From Candidatus Aldehydirespirator catecholifindens (lineage in GTDB: Bacteria > Actinomycetota > Acidimicrobiia > Acidimicrobiales > Aldehydirespiratoraceae), in the NCBI GenBank assembly GCA_028283245.1, contig JAPYNU010000073.1, forward strand, positions 383 to 64,382: a stretch of 64,000 bases of DNA. Reading direction: 5' to 3'. The notes beneath the pieces were generated by a model that saw only the letters and a list, made by a program, of their open reading frames with translations, ran no database searches and was not told where the DNA came from. A program made the position numbers and the translations under genes. Position 1 is the stretch's first letter, and every line of letters begins with the position of its first letter. Positions 40,638 to 50,149 of this stretch are shown here, piece after piece.

Positions 40638-40893
40638 CGGCTTCTCCCTGTGCTGTTACTGCGTTCACTTCTGCTGACCGCGCGTCGGCCTGTTCGGCGG
40701 CAGCTATTTCACGGGCGCGCACTTCGGTTAGTAGACGTGCGACATCGCGGCGCAACTGCCCGAGGCGCGCCGGATTGTCAAGTTGTCCGGTGGCGAACTG
40801 GAAGCGCAAATTGAATAGCTCTTCTTTGGTATCAGACAGGCGTTCAATCAAATCAACATCACCTAGATCGGCAAGAGCCTTGGCACGAGCCAT
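40630..40893 (-). CDS. rpmC: 50S ribosomal protein L29
   Basis: ELFNLRFQFATGQLDNPARL, with an acidic/Ala-rich tail. Confidence 0.93.
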   Translation of the reverse strand: MARAKALADLGDVDLIERLSDTKEELFNLRFQFATGQLDNPARLGQLRRDVARLLTEVRAREIAAAEQADARSAEVNAVTAQGEADG

Positions 40894-40895
40894 CG

Positions 40896-41312
40896 CTAAA
40901 AGCCTTCCTCTCGGGAGATGAAGCGAGCCTTCATCGGTAGCTTCTGGATGGCCCGGTTAATGGCGCTGCGGGCGATGTCCTCATCGTGATAAGACAACTC
41001 AAACAGCACACGCCCGGGTCGCACAACCGCCACCCAATGTTCGGGGTTGCCTTTACCTGAACCCATCCGCGTTTCAGCAGGCTTCTGAGTCACCGGCTTG
41101 TCTGGGAAGATGTTGATCCAGACTTTGCCGCCGCGCTTGATGTGTCGGGTCATGGCCACACGAGCGGCCTCAATCTGACGTGATGTAACCCAGCCAGGCT
41201 CAAGAGCTTGTATCCCAAAATCACCGTGAGTGACCTCGGTGCGACCCTTGGACACACCTTTGGTGCGTCCCCGATGGTGTTTGCGATGGCGGACTTTTCG
41301 CGGCATCAACAT
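40896..41312 (-). CDS. rplP: 50S ribosomal protein L16
   Basis: [19 protein letters not shown]... Confidence 0.96.
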   Translation of the reverse strand: MLMPRKVRHRKHHRGRTKGVSKGRTEVTHGDFGIQALEPGWVTSRQIEAARVAMTRHIKRGGKVWINIFPDKPVTQKPAETRMGSGKGNPEHWVAVVRPGRVLFELSYHDEDIARSAINRAIQKLPMKARFISREEGF

Positions 41313-41357
41313 GACTGTTCTCTTTGCTCTCTTTAGCTCTTGTGTCTCAGTTCAGCG

Positions 41358-42257
41358 TTAGTCGTCGCCGAGACGGAAATGGGGAGTTTCACGGGGCTCG
41401 CGGGTGGAAGCCTCAATGGCATCCTCTTCGTCCAGCAACTTCTCAAACTCGGGATCAGCCTCACTGACAAGCGGTGCCGTCTCTTCATCCAGGTTTTCAT
41501 CAGAGCCATCCCGGCGCCTCCCCGCAGCAGATGAGACGATCTTGCGGGGTTTGGAACCGGGGCCTGACGTTTCTCCGGCAGCCATGGCGGCCTCTTTCGA
41601 GGCTTTATCTTCGGAGAGGGTCTTGTAGGGCAGAATGTCGCCCTTGTAGAGCCAAACTTTCACACCGATCCGGCCGTAAGTGGTGCGGGCCTCGCGGAAG
41701 CCGTAGTCAACATCGGCGCGCAGCGTGTGAAGTGGCACTCTCCCCTCGCGATACCACTCGGTACGAGCCATTTCTGAGCCTCCCAGGCGACCCGAGCACT
41801 GCACCCTGATCCCCAACGCACCAGCTCTTTGGGCGTTCTGCACTGCTCGCTTCATGGCCCGTCGGAAGGCGACCCGGCCTGCGAGCTGGTCAGCTACACC
41901 TTGAGCTATCAGCGCAGCGTCAAGTTCGGGTTGCTTGATTTCTTGGATGTTGAGCTGCACGCGAGGGTTACCGCTGATATCAGTCAGCCCGGCGCGCAAC
42001 CTATCGGCTTCGGCACCCCGGCGGCCGATCACAATGCCTGGACGCGCCGTATGCACATCAACCCGCAAACGGTCACGGGTGCGCTCCACCTCAACACGGC
42101 TTATTGCAGCGTGGGGCAACTCGGTCATCAAAAAATCGCGGATCTTCCAATCTTCGATGACGTTGTTCGCGTAGTCCTTGCGGTCAGCAAACCAGCGGCT
42201 CTTCCATTCGGTGGTGACACCCAAACGGAACCCGTAGGGGTTGACTTTCTGACCCAT
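41358..42257 (-). CDS. rpsC: 30S ribosomal protein S3 with a long charged C-terminal extension
   Basis: [24 protein letters not shown].... 299 aa, and the last ~80 aa are non-core. Confidence 0.95.
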   Translation of the reverse strand: MGQKVNPYGFRLGVTTEWKSRWFADRKDYANNVIEDWKIRDFLMTELPHAAISRVEVERTRDRLRVDVHTARPGIVIGRRGAEADRLRAGLTDISGNPRVQLNIQEIKQPELDAALIAQGVADQLAGRVAFRRAMKRAVQNAQRAGALGIRVQCSGRLGGSEMARTEWYREGRVPLHTLRADVDYGFREARTTYGRIGVKVWLYKGDILPYKTLSEDKASKEAAMAAGETSGPGSKPRKIVSSAAGRRRDGSDENLDEETAPLVSEADPEFEKLLDEEDAIEASTREPRETPHFRLGDD

Positions 42258-42979
42258 CAGACGCTCCCGTCAGCTTTCTTGGACTCTTCACCCGGCTCGG
42301 CGCTGGGTTCTTCGCTCGCACTCTCGTCGGCATCTGCGGTGTCGAACTCCTCAGACTCGACAGTTTCAGCAACAGACTCAACAGCAGGCTCTGCAACACT
42401 GTCATCAGCAACAGACTCAACAGCAGGCTCTGCAACACTGTCATCAGCAACAGACTCAACAGCAGGCTGCTCACCAGTCTGTGCTGAGTCTTCATCGGAC
42501 TGCTGTGCTTGTTGGGCTTGAGCTGCGGCACGCGACTGCGCTACTCGACGCTGGCGCGCCTCGGCGCTGCTGGTGCTGCGCTGAGACTGCACAGCTCTCA
42601 GCCGCTCAAGAGTTTCGGGATCGTAAAGGCTCACGATTACTGTGATGTGGCAGGTTCGCTTGCGGATCCGCGTGGCCCGTCCCCGAGCTCTCGGCCGCCA
42701 ACGCTTTAGTGTCGGGCCTTCATCGGCATAGCACGCCGACACATACAGATCATCAATGTCAAGGCCGTCGTTGTGCTCGGCGTTGGACAGCGCTGACTGC
42801 AACACCTTGTGAATCGGTTGAGCCACATCGCGCTCAGAGAAGGCCAAGATTTCCTGAGCATTCGCACAGCTTTGACCCCGTATCTGATCAAGAACTGCGC
42901 GGGCCTTGTATGCCGAGCATCGCACGTAAGAAGCCCGTGCCCGTGTGCCAGGACGTTCGTTGGTCTTTATGCCGACCAT
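42257..42979 (-). CDS. rplV: 50S ribosomal protein L22 with a ~110-aa acidic, repeat-containing C-terminal extension
   Basis: L22 core [22 protein letters not shown]...ITVIV. The tail contains [33 protein letters not shown]. 240 aa in total. Confidence 0.93.
   Translation of the reverse strand: MVGIKTNERPGTRARASYVRCSAYKARAVLDQIRGQSCANAQEILAFSERDVAQPIHKVLQSALSNAEHNDGLDIDDLYVSACYADEGPTLKRWRPRARGRATRIRKRTCHITVIVSLYDPETLERLRAVQSQRSTSSAEARQRRVAQSRAAAQAQQAQQSDEDSAQTGEQPAVESVADDSVAEPAVESVADDSVAEPAVESVAETVESEEFDTADADESASEEPSAEPGEESKKADGSV
42367..42468. repeat. ~2.6 x 39-nt tandem repeat inside the rplV 3' extension
   Basis: The unit cagcaacagactcaacagcaggctctgcaacactgtcat occurs at 42367-42405 and 42406-42444, with a partial third copy to 42468. 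Confidence 0.9.
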
Positions 42980-43257
42980 CAGCGACGTGCTCCCCGCTCT
43001 TGACCCGCATGAAAGCGGAAGGTGCGTGTAGGTGCAAACTCGCCAAGCTTGTGGCCCACCATCGATTCGGTGATATAGACCGGCACATGCTTGCGACCGT
43101 CATGCACAGCCAGAGTGTGACCCACCATGTCGGGAATGATGGTGGAGCGGCGTGACCATGTCTTGACTACACGCTTCTCGTTGAGTTCGTTGAGTTCGTC
43201 GACCTTGCGCAACAGATGGTCGTCCACGAAGGGACCCTTCTTGAGGCTGCGGGGCAT
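42979..43257 (-). CDS. rpsS: 30S ribosomal protein S19
   Basis: [19 protein letters not shown]... Confidence 0.96.
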   Translation of the reverse strand: MPRSLKKGPFVDDHLLRKVDELNELNEKRVVKTWSRRSTIIPDMVGHTLAVHDGRKHVPVYITESMVGHKLGEFAPTRTFRFHAGQERGARR

Positions 43258-43261
43258 GCTT

Positions 43262-44098
43262 TTACCTCCGTGTGCCGCGCCGGCGCCGGCGACGAACGAT
43301 CAGCTTGTCGGATTCTTTGCGGCGGGCTCGGGTTCGACCCTCGGGCTTGCCCCAAGGCGAAACTGGATGTCGTCCTCCAGAGGACTTGCCCTCGCCACCT
43401 CCCAGTGGGTGGTCTACCGGATTCATGGCCACACCACGCGTCTGGGGGCGGACACCCTTCCAGCGGTTGCGCCCAGCTTTGCCGATCTTGGTGAGTTCAT
43501 GCTCGGAGTTGCCGACTTCGCCGACAGTAGCCCGGCAATCAATCGGTACCCGGCGCATTTCACTGCTCGGCAGGCGCAGAGTGGCGAACTTGCCTTCCTT
43601 GGCGACGAGTTGCACACTGGCCCCAGCACTACGACCCAAACTGCCCCCAGCACCAGGCTTCAACTCGACGCTATGCACGACCGTGCCCACCGGCACATGT
43701 CGCAGAGCCATGGCGTTGCCTGGGCGGACCTCTGCCTGGGGTCCCGACATGAGTCGATCACCAACCTCCAAGCCTTTCGGGGCCAAGATGTAACGCTTCT
43801 CGCCGTCGTGATAGTGCAATAGAGCGATGCGGCAAGTGCGGTTGGGGTCGTACTCAATAGTGGCGACCGTGGCCATGACATTGTCTTTGTTGCGGATGAA
43901 GTCGATCTTGCGGTAGCGCTGCTTGTGACCGCCGCCACGGTGGCGTGAAGTCATGCGTCCGTGGTTGTTGCGCCCGCCGGTGCTGGACTGCTTCACAAGC
44001 AGGCTGCGTTCGGGGTAGGAACGGGTGACCTCCGAGAAGTCTGAAGCAGTCTGGAAGCGGCGTCCAGGGCTGGAAGGCTTGCGTTTGCGAATCGCCAT
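43262..44098 (-). CDS. rplB: 50S ribosomal protein L2
   Basis: 278 aa. [17 protein letters not shown]... and [18 protein letters not shown]. Confidence 0.96.
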   Translation of the reverse strand: MAIRKRKPSSPGRRFQTASDFSEVTRSYPERSLLVKQSSTGGRNNHGRMTSRHRGGGHKQRYRKIDFIRNKDNVMATVATIEYDPNRTCRIALLHYHDGEKRYILAPKGLEVGDRLMSGPQAEVRPGNAMALRHVPVGTVVHSVELKPGAGGSLGRSAGASVQLVAKEGKFATLRLPSSEMRRVPIDCRATVGEVGNSEHELTKIGKAGRNRWKGVRPQTRGVAMNPVDHPLGGGEGKSSGGRHPVSPWGKPEGRTRARRKESDKLIVRRRRRRGTRR

Positions 44099-44391
44099 TA
44101 TTGAGCCTCAAAAAGGTCAATCGTGTCACCGGCAGCCAGAGTGACCAAGGCACGTTTGGTGTCGGGACGCTTGCCCCAAGTGTTGTTGCGACGGTTGTGG
44201 CGACGCTTGCCTTTGCGACGCAAGGTGTTGACCTTTATTACTTCCACATCAAAAAGCGTTTCGACCGCGGCGCGTATCTCTGGCTTGGTGGCCTGAGGTG
44301 CTACCACGAAGGTGTAGACATTGTCACCGAGCAGCGCGTAGCTTTTCTCAGACACCACGGGACGCAGGATCACATCACGATGATCATGCAT
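44098..44391 (-). CDS. rplW: 50S ribosomal protein L23
   Basis: [25 protein letters not shown]. Confidence 0.95.
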   Translation of the reverse strand: MHDHRDVILRPVVSEKSYALLGDNVYTFVVAPQATKPEIRAAVETLFDVEVIKVNTLRRKGKRRHNRRNNTWGKRPDTKRALVTLAAGDTIDLFEAQ

Positions 44392-45127
44392 CGCCTAGAT
44401 CCTGTTCATCTGCTACCTCTGCAGCAACTTCTTCTTCGACTGCTGTATCTGTGGCATCGGACGTATCTGCGGTATCGGGAGTGTCAGCATCGGGCGGCTC
44501 TGAGTCGGCAGCCTCAGAAACTCCCGTGGGCAAAGTCTCAGAGGTGAACACCACCATGTCGCTTCTAACAACGTCATAGGTGTTCAACTCGCGATAATTC
44601 AGGCAATGCACCACAGCAAGATTGCGGAAGCTTTTGTAGGCGTTAGAGTCGCCCTCGCCGAGCACTACCAGCACCTTTCCTTCAGCGCCTATGGCATCAA
44701 GGGCTTTGACAGCAGCGCTGGTGCTGGGCTCATCGAAACGCCAGCGGTCTACCACTATCAAGCGCTCGGAGCGGGCCCGGTCGGAGAGCGCAGAGGCGAG
44801 GGCGAGGCGTTTCATCTTCTTGGGGGTGCGCTGGATGTAGTTGCGAGGCTTTGGTCCATGTGCTGCTCCGCCACCACGCCATTGCGGTGAGCGGATGGAG
44901 CCGTGACGGGCTCTGCCGGTGCCTTTCTGGCGCCACGGCTTTGAGCCGCCACCTGCTACCTCGGCGCGACTTTTGGTGCTGTGTGTGCCAGCCCGACGCG
45001 CTGCCAGTTGTGCAGTCACGACCTGATGCATCACACCAATGTTGGGTTCCACACCGAAAATCGCGTCGTCAAGATCAACCTCACCGACCTTTTTGCCCGC
45101 AGTAGACACCACCTTCAGCGAAACCAT
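44384..45127 (-). CDS. rplD: 50S ribosomal protein L4 with an acidic C-terminal tail
   Basis: [40 protein letters not shown]. Tail: [38 protein letters not shown]. Confidence 0.95.
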   Translation of the reverse strand: MVSLKVVSTAGKKVGEVDLDDAIFGVEPNIGVMHQVVTAQLAARRAGTHSTKSRAEVAGGGSKPWRQKGTGRARHGSIRSPQWRGGGAAHGPKPRNYIQRTPKKMKRLALASALSDRARSERLIVVDRWRFDEPSTSAAVKALDAIGAEGKVLVVLGEGDSNAYKSFRNLAVVHCLNYRELNTYDVVRSDMVVFTSETLPTGVSEAADSEPPDADTPDTADTSDATDTAVEEEVAAEVADEQDLGDA

Positions 45128-45130
45128 TGC

Positions 45131-45769
45131 TCAGCGCGCCTTCACTGCGTTGCGCACCACTACAGTGGCACCTTTAGGGCCTGGCACAGCACCCTTCACC
45201 AGCAGCATCTCGGCTTGGGCATCTGCGGAGACCACTTCCAAGTTGAGCGTAGTTACTCGACCACCGCCTGCTCGTCCCGGCAGTTTCTTACCTTTAAACA
45301 CTCTTGAAGGGGTCGCGCACTGGCCGACCGCTCCAGGCTTGCGATGCACTTTGTGAGCACCGTGCCCAGCGGGCTGACCTTTGAAACCGTGACGTTTCAT
45401 TACGCCACTGAAACCTTTGCCTTTCGACACCGCTGTCACATCAATTTTCTCGCCAGAGTCGAGTACGTCCACACCAATTTCTTGACCGACGGCATAGTCG
45501 CTGACATCCTCAAGTCGCAGTTCCAGCAGAGCTTTGCCGGGGGTTACGCCAGCGCGCTGAAAATGGCCAGCTTCGGGCTGAGGCAGCCGGGTGGGGTCAA
45601 CCATCCCGTAAGTAACTTGTATGGCGCTGTAGCCGTCGTTTTCGTTGGTCTTTATTTGCACGACACGACAAGGCAGAACACGCAGCACAGTAACCCCTAC
45701 GACCTGGTTATTTTCGTCCCACACCTGAGTCATACCGACCTTGGTGCCGACGATCGCCTTTGTGGCCAT
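45131..45769 (-). CDS. rplC: 50S ribosomal protein L3
   Basis: ATG 45769 gives MATKAIVGTKVGMTQVWDENNQVV... (212 aa). The track ORF adds 35 non-conserved upstream codons. Confidence 0.94.
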   Translation of the reverse strand: MATKAIVGTKVGMTQVWDENNQVVGVTVLRVLPCRVVQIKTNENDGYSAIQVTYGMVDPTRLPQPEAGHFQRAGVTPGKALLELRLEDVSDYAVGQEIGVDVLDSGEKIDVTAVSKGKGFSGVMKRHGFKGQPAGHGAHKVHRKPGAVGQCATPSRVFKGKKLPGRAGGGRVTTLNLEVVSADAQAEMLLVKGAVPGPKGATVVVRNAVKAR

Positions 45770-46193
45770 GGGTGGTCCTTGCTTCACGCGAACGCTCCGC
45801 TCGGGCTGACCCGGCGGAGCGGTAACTGGGTTGTGCCACACGGTTCCCTCCGATGCGAGGGCCTGTGCGGACATCGATTCGTGATCGCCTCAGAGGTCCC
45901 TGAAGAATTCCGAGGCGAAGCGGGATTATAACGCCTGCCGCTTCTGCCACCAACCCGCACCAATGCAGCACTCAAGCTTCTCAGTGCCTTGCGGAAAGCC
46001 TACGCAACGCGTGGCTGGACTGCTAGCGTAAATTCGCTTCAACCTCGCCCTCGAAAGTTCTACATGAGCAAGATCATCCCAGTGCCCGTCAGGCCAGCAG
46101 AAAAAGTCAGCGACATCGCCCAAGACCGCTGGCACCGACGAGACCGAGCAGAACAGCCGGTGATGGGGACCAGCGAAGCGACAGGCGGCACCA

Positions 46194-47291
46194 GTGCCTG
46201 ACGTGCCGCCGGTGCTGACGCCTTCGGGCACCGTGCTGCTCGAAGCCGCGGTCATGCTCGTCGTTTTTTTGGGCGCTCTTTTCGTGGGTTCGATGCTGGT
46301 GCCGGGACGCCGCATCACAGGGCCTGACCTCGGCAACGGAGAAACGATCACCTACAAGCTCAACGGCCTCGCGCTGTTGCTTCTGATCAGCGGTGCGCTC
46401 GGCATCGCCCAAGCACTCAACGTTTTCTCGATGTCTTCGCTGTACGAGCACTTTTTTGCACTGTTGATAGTCGCCAATATTTTCGCCGTGTCGTTCTCTG
46501 TGTGGTTGTGTCGACGGGGGGCGCGCAAGTGCGCCGAGAAGCCAGGATTTTTGCAGTCCTGTTTCGTGACCTCGGAACGCAATCCCTCCCTGGCGGGCGT
46601 GGACCTTAAGGTGTTCAGCTACCGCCCGTCGCTCATCGGACTGGCACTGCTGAACACCTCGTTCGCGGTGACGCAATACGAAACCTACGACAAGTTGACC
46701 TTGGCGATGGTTCTCTACCAGATCTTTACTTGGATCTATTTGATCAACTACTTCCAGTTTGAAGATGGCATAGTCCACACTTGGGATGTCATCGAAGAGC
46801 GCTTCGGATGGATGCTGGTTTGGGGCGATTACGTGCTGGTGCCGTTCTTCTACTGCATCGCTGGCTGGTGGCTGGTCGATGCCGACGCTGCAGAACTCAA
46901 CCCCTTCGCCGCCGCTGCCATCGTGCTGCTTTACGTTTTCGGTTTCTGGATGTTTCGCGGTGCCAACTACCAGAAGCACCGCTTCAAGCGCGATCCTTCC
47001 GTCACCATTTGGGGACGACCAGTCGAAACGCTCGACGGGCGACTGCTCGTATCGGGGTTCTGGGGAATTGGCCGACATCTCAACTACACAGGCGAAATCT
47101 GCGTCTACATCGCCTTCACGCTCACCGCTGGCTTCACGTCGTTCGTGCCGTTCTTGCTGCCAGCCTGGCTCGCAGGTCTGCTCTGGAACCGTTCCCGCCG
47201 CGACGAGCGGCGCTGCAGCGCCAAATACGGCGAACTGTGGGTGCGCTATAAGCAACGCGTGCCCTATTCGATGCTGCCTTTCGTCTACTGA
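46194..47291 (+). CDS. ERG4/ERG24-family sterol reductase-like polytopic membrane protein (candidate Delta14-sterol reductase)
   Basis: 365 aa, multi-TM. C-terminal family signature LLVSGFWGIGRHLNYTGEICVY...LLWNRSRRDERRCSAKYGELWVRYKQRVPYSMLPFVY. GTG start. The 439-aa antisense ORF is R/H-rich shadow. Confidence 0.8.
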   Translation: MPDVPPVLTPSGTVLLEAAVMLVVFLGALFVGSMLVPGRRITGPDLGNGETITYKLNGLALLLLISGALGIAQALNVFSMSSLYEHFFALLIVANIFAVSFSVWLCRRGARKCAEKPGFLQSCFVTSERNPSLAGVDLKVFSYRPSLIGLALLNTSFAVTQYETYDKLTLAMVLYQIFTWIYLINYFQFEDGIVHTWDVIEERFGWMLVWGDYVLVPFFYCIAGWWLVDADAAELNPFAAAAIVLLYVFGFWMFRGANYQKHRFKRDPSVTIWGRPVETLDGRLLVSGFWGIGRHLNYTGEICVYIAFTLTAGFTSFVPFLLPAWLAGLLWNRSRRDERRCSAKYGELWVRYKQRVPYSMLPFVY

Positions 47292-47399
47292 AGTCCATGA
47301 CGCAACAACTCCATGAAGCGGCGACGGTGAGACGAACGAACGCATGACAAGACGAACCGACGTATGACTAGACGAACGGATAAATGAGGGGTCAAATAG

Positions 47400-48788
47400 A
47401 TGACAGAAGCAACAGTGGCAAACCATAACGGCAGCTCAGCCGCCTCGATCCCCGAACTGTCTGGGGGCAGGCCGCTGATCGGACATCTGCGGGAATTCTT
47501 GAAAGACCCGGTGGGAATGCTCGACCGCTGCTGGCGCGACCACGGCGACCTAGTGCGTTTCCGGCTGGGGACCCGCAAGTTCGTGCTATTCACCGGGCCG
47601 GAAGCCCACGACTGCTATTTCAGGGCGCCTGAGGAGCAGCTTGATGCCAGGGCCGGGTATCAGTTCACGGTTCCCATCTTCGGACGCGGCGTGGCCTACG
47701 ACGTGGAACCCGAGATCATGGCGGAGCAGCTGGGGTTCCTCTATCCGGCTCTGCGTGATGCCTCCATGCGCAGATACGCCCGCATCATGTACGAAGAGAC
47801 AAGCGCGTTCGCCGACACGCTCGGTGAGGATGGGACCATTGATCTGCCGCTCCACATGAACGAGCTCACCGTGAAAATAGCTAGCCGCTGCCTGCTCGGG
47901 CAGGAAGTGCGGGATCAAGTGGATTCGGGATTCGCCGAGGCCTACCACGACTTGGAGGGGGGCATCAACCTCCTCGGCTTCTTCGCTCCCAAGCTGCCTA
48001 TCCCGGCGCACGTCCGGCGCGACAGAGCGCGCCGCAAGATATCGAAGATCCTGTTGGAGGTCATGAGCGAAAGGCGGCGCTGTGGCACGGCCACTGACGA
48101 TTTCATGCAGACGCTCATGGAGGCGCGCTACAACGACGGTCGAACCTTGGACGATGAAGAGGCAACCGGGATACTGGTGACAACCCTTTTCGCGGGCCAG
48201 CACACCAGCGCCGTGCTGGCGACCTGGATCGGCGTTGAGATGTTCCGCGACCACGACTGCGTGACACGAGTTCGCAACGAAATGCAGGAGGTCTACTCCG
48301 AAGATGGTGCCTTGAGCCTCGCGGGACTCAACAAGCAGTCCGCTCTGGGGCGCGTAGTGCGCGAATGCGAGAGGCTGCACCCGCCGCTGATAATACTGAT
48401 CCGCAAAGTGATCGAGCCTTTGCAGTATGCGGGCCACACCGTGCCGTCGGGCACTATGGCGGCTGTGTGTTCGGCGTCTTCGCATCGTTTGCCCCACCTG
48501 TTCTCTGACCCGCATCGCTTCGACCCTGAGCGGTTCGCTGACCCGCGCAACGAGGGCGATCAGCACAAATACGCTCTGATCGGGTTTGGTGGGGGCAAAC
48601 ACCGGTGCATGGGCGAGAAATTCGCCTTGCTGCAACTCAAGGCGATCTGGACGGTGTTGCTTGACCGCTTCGATTTTGAGCTCGACACGGAGTTCCCGGC
48701 CCCCAACTACGGCAGTTGGGTGACTGGCCCCAAGCTACCGTGCCGGGTTCGTTATCGCCGCCGCTCACAAGCAAACACGATCAGCTAA
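47400..48788 (+). CDS. cyp51: Cytochrome P450, CYP51-like (sterol 14-alpha-demethylase family)
   Basis: 462 aa. B'/BC-loop CYP51 signature YQFTVPIFGRGVAYDV, I-helix FAGQHTS, LHPPLIILIR, heme loop FGGGKHRCMGEKFA, C-terminus CRVRYRRR. As I recall the M. tuberculosis CYP51 sequence, this is collinear with it along the whole length. Confidence 0.85.
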   Translation: MTEATVANHNGSSAASIPELSGGRPLIGHLREFLKDPVGMLDRCWRDHGDLVRFRLGTRKFVLFTGPEAHDCYFRAPEEQLDARAGYQFTVPIFGRGVAYDVEPEIMAEQLGFLYPALRDASMRRYARIMYEETSAFADTLGEDGTIDLPLHMNELTVKIASRCLLGQEVRDQVDSGFAEAYHDLEGGINLLGFFAPKLPIPAHVRRDRARRKISKILLEVMSERRRCGTATDDFMQTLMEARYNDGRTLDDEEATGILVTTLFAGQHTSAVLATWIGVEMFRDHDCVTRVRNEMQEVYSEDGALSLAGLNKQSALGRVVRECERLHPPLIILIRKVIEPLQYAGHTVPSGTMAAVCSASSHRLPHLFSDPHRFDPERFADPRNEGDQHKYALIGFGGGKHRCMGEKFALLQLKAIWTVLLDRFDFELDTEFPAPNYGSWVTGPKLPCRVRYRRRSQANTIS

Positions 48789-48857
48789 GAGGCCGAACGA
48801 ACCGCAACAACACTGTCAGCGGAGATGTACTGTCAGCGGAGATGTAATGTCTAGCCA

Positions 48858-50114
48858 GTGCGCGACACACACGATCCAGGCGAGTCTGTCAGATCGGCAG
48901 GCGAAGCAGGCGCAGCCTCTACTGTGCCGTCAGCCGAGGCTGCATCCCCCGAAGAGACTGCTTCATCGCTAACTGCTGACGCATCGCTAGCTACTGAGAA
49001 AATGCCGGGCTGGGTCAAGCGGGCCATCGTCTGGTTCTGGCTCGGAGGGCTGATCGCCTTCTACTTCGTTGATGTGGTAAGTTCGCTGCGGAGCTTGCTC
49101 ACCGTGCTCGTGGTGTCGCTGTTTGCGGCTTTCGCGTTCGAGCCTGCGGTCAACTGGATGGCCGGGCGCGGTATTCGTCGAGGCTTGGCAACAGCCGGAG
49201 TGTTCGTGCTTGTGGCTCTGCTAGCGGCAGGTTTCTCAGCCGTGATCGGAACAGCCCTCGCTACAGAGGTTGATGTCTTGATCGACAACGCCCCCGGCTA
49301 TATCGATGACATTGAGGAATGGGTTAACGACACTTTCAACTCGGATTTTGACTTCGACAGCCTTCGTGATGAGTTCCTTGATGAGGGTGGCGTAGAGAAT
49401 CTCGCTAGCCGCTTCGCCGACGATGTAGTCAACGTGGGTGCCACAGTGGTGAGTTTGCTCTTCCAGCTCTTCACGGTCGCTTTGTTCACCTTTTATCTGC
49501 TGGCCGAGGGCCCCAAGCTGCGCCGCATGATCGGGTCACGTCTAAGCGCTCGCCGCGCCGCCATAGTTACTGAGATCTGGGATTTGTCGATGAACAAGAC
49601 CGGCGGCTACATGTATTCACGCACGATCTTGGCGGTCATCTCGGCTTTTGTGCATTGGGCGGCTTTCGCGCTGTTGGGGGTGCCTTCGCCGGTGGCTTTG
49701 GCCATGTGGGTGGGTGTCGTGTCGCAGTTCATTCCCGCGATTGGCGCTTACGTCGCTGGGGTTTTGCCGGTGCTGGTTGCGCTATTGCATGAGCCAAGAA
49801 CTGGACTGTGGACGCTGGTAGTGATCGTTGCTTACCAGCAACTCGAGAACTACATCTTCTCGCCTCGGATCACGGCGCGCACCATGGAGATACATGTTGC
49901 TCTGGCTTTCGGCTCGGTGATAGCAGGCACCGCGCTGATGGGGATTGTCGGTGCCTTCCTGGCGTTGCCGGTGGCGGCCGTAGCTCAAGCCTTCATCTCC
50001 AGCTGGTTGGATCAGCGCACCGGCCCTGTCGGGCTTGCCGATAACCAATCAGCTGATGACCCATCATCTGAAGCGACACCGCCCGAGCAGACCAGTCCAA
50101 CTGAGTCAAACTGA
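48858..50114 (+). CDS. AI-2E family transporter (PerM/UPF0118)
   Basis: 418 aa, multi-TM. ...LFTFYLLAEGPKLRR... and LLGVPSPVALAMWVGVVSQFIPAIGAYVAG. ATG 49002 (MPGWVKRAI) is an alternative start. Confidence 0.75.
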   Translation: MRDTHDPGESVRSAGEAGAASTVPSAEAASPEETASSLTADASLATEKMPGWVKRAIVWFWLGGLIAFYFVDVVSSLRSLLTVLVVSLFAAFAFEPAVNWMAGRGIRRGLATAGVFVLVALLAAGFSAVIGTALATEVDVLIDNAPGYIDDIEEWVNDTFNSDFDFDSLRDEFLDEGGVENLASRFADDVVNVGATVVSLLFQLFTVALFTFYLLAEGPKLRRMIGSRLSARRAAIVTEIWDLSMNKTGGYMYSRTILAVISAFVHWAAFALLGVPSPVALAMWVGVVSQFIPAIGAYVAGVLPVLVALLHEPRTGLWTLVVIVAYQQLENYIFSPRITARTMEIHVALAFGSVIAGTALMGIVGAFLALPVAAVAQAFISSWLDQRTGPVGLADNQSADDPSSEATPPEQTSPTESN

Positions 50115-50149
50115 GTTAAACCGAGTCAGACAGGCTGCAAACGCAGTAT

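Noticed and set aside
41829-43822. 230-aa and 231-aa plus-strand ORFs over rpsC/rplV/rpsS/rplB
   Set aside because: They are antisense to ribosomal protein genes of certain identity, and partly translate the rplV repeat in reverse.
45989-46201. 70-aa ORF just upstream of, and overlapping, the sterol reductase start, considered as the missing ferredoxin partner of the P450
   Set aside because: It has no cysteines, so it cannot bind an Fe-S cluster. Its composition is basic and disordered, and no family is recognised. Left uncalled.
46107-47426. 439-aa minus-strand ORF, longer than the plus-strand gene it overlaps
   Set aside because: It is antisense to the ERG4/ERG24-like gene. Its translation is R/H/E/Q-rich with no recognisable motifs, whereas the plus-strand product has a coherent multi-TM profile and the family signature. 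This is a typical high-GC shadow ORF.
47586-48635. 349-aa minus-strand ORF across the P450 gene
   Set aside because: It is an antisense shadow of the CYP51-like gene. The plus frame carries the heme-loop and I-helix motifs, and the minus frame is low-complexity.
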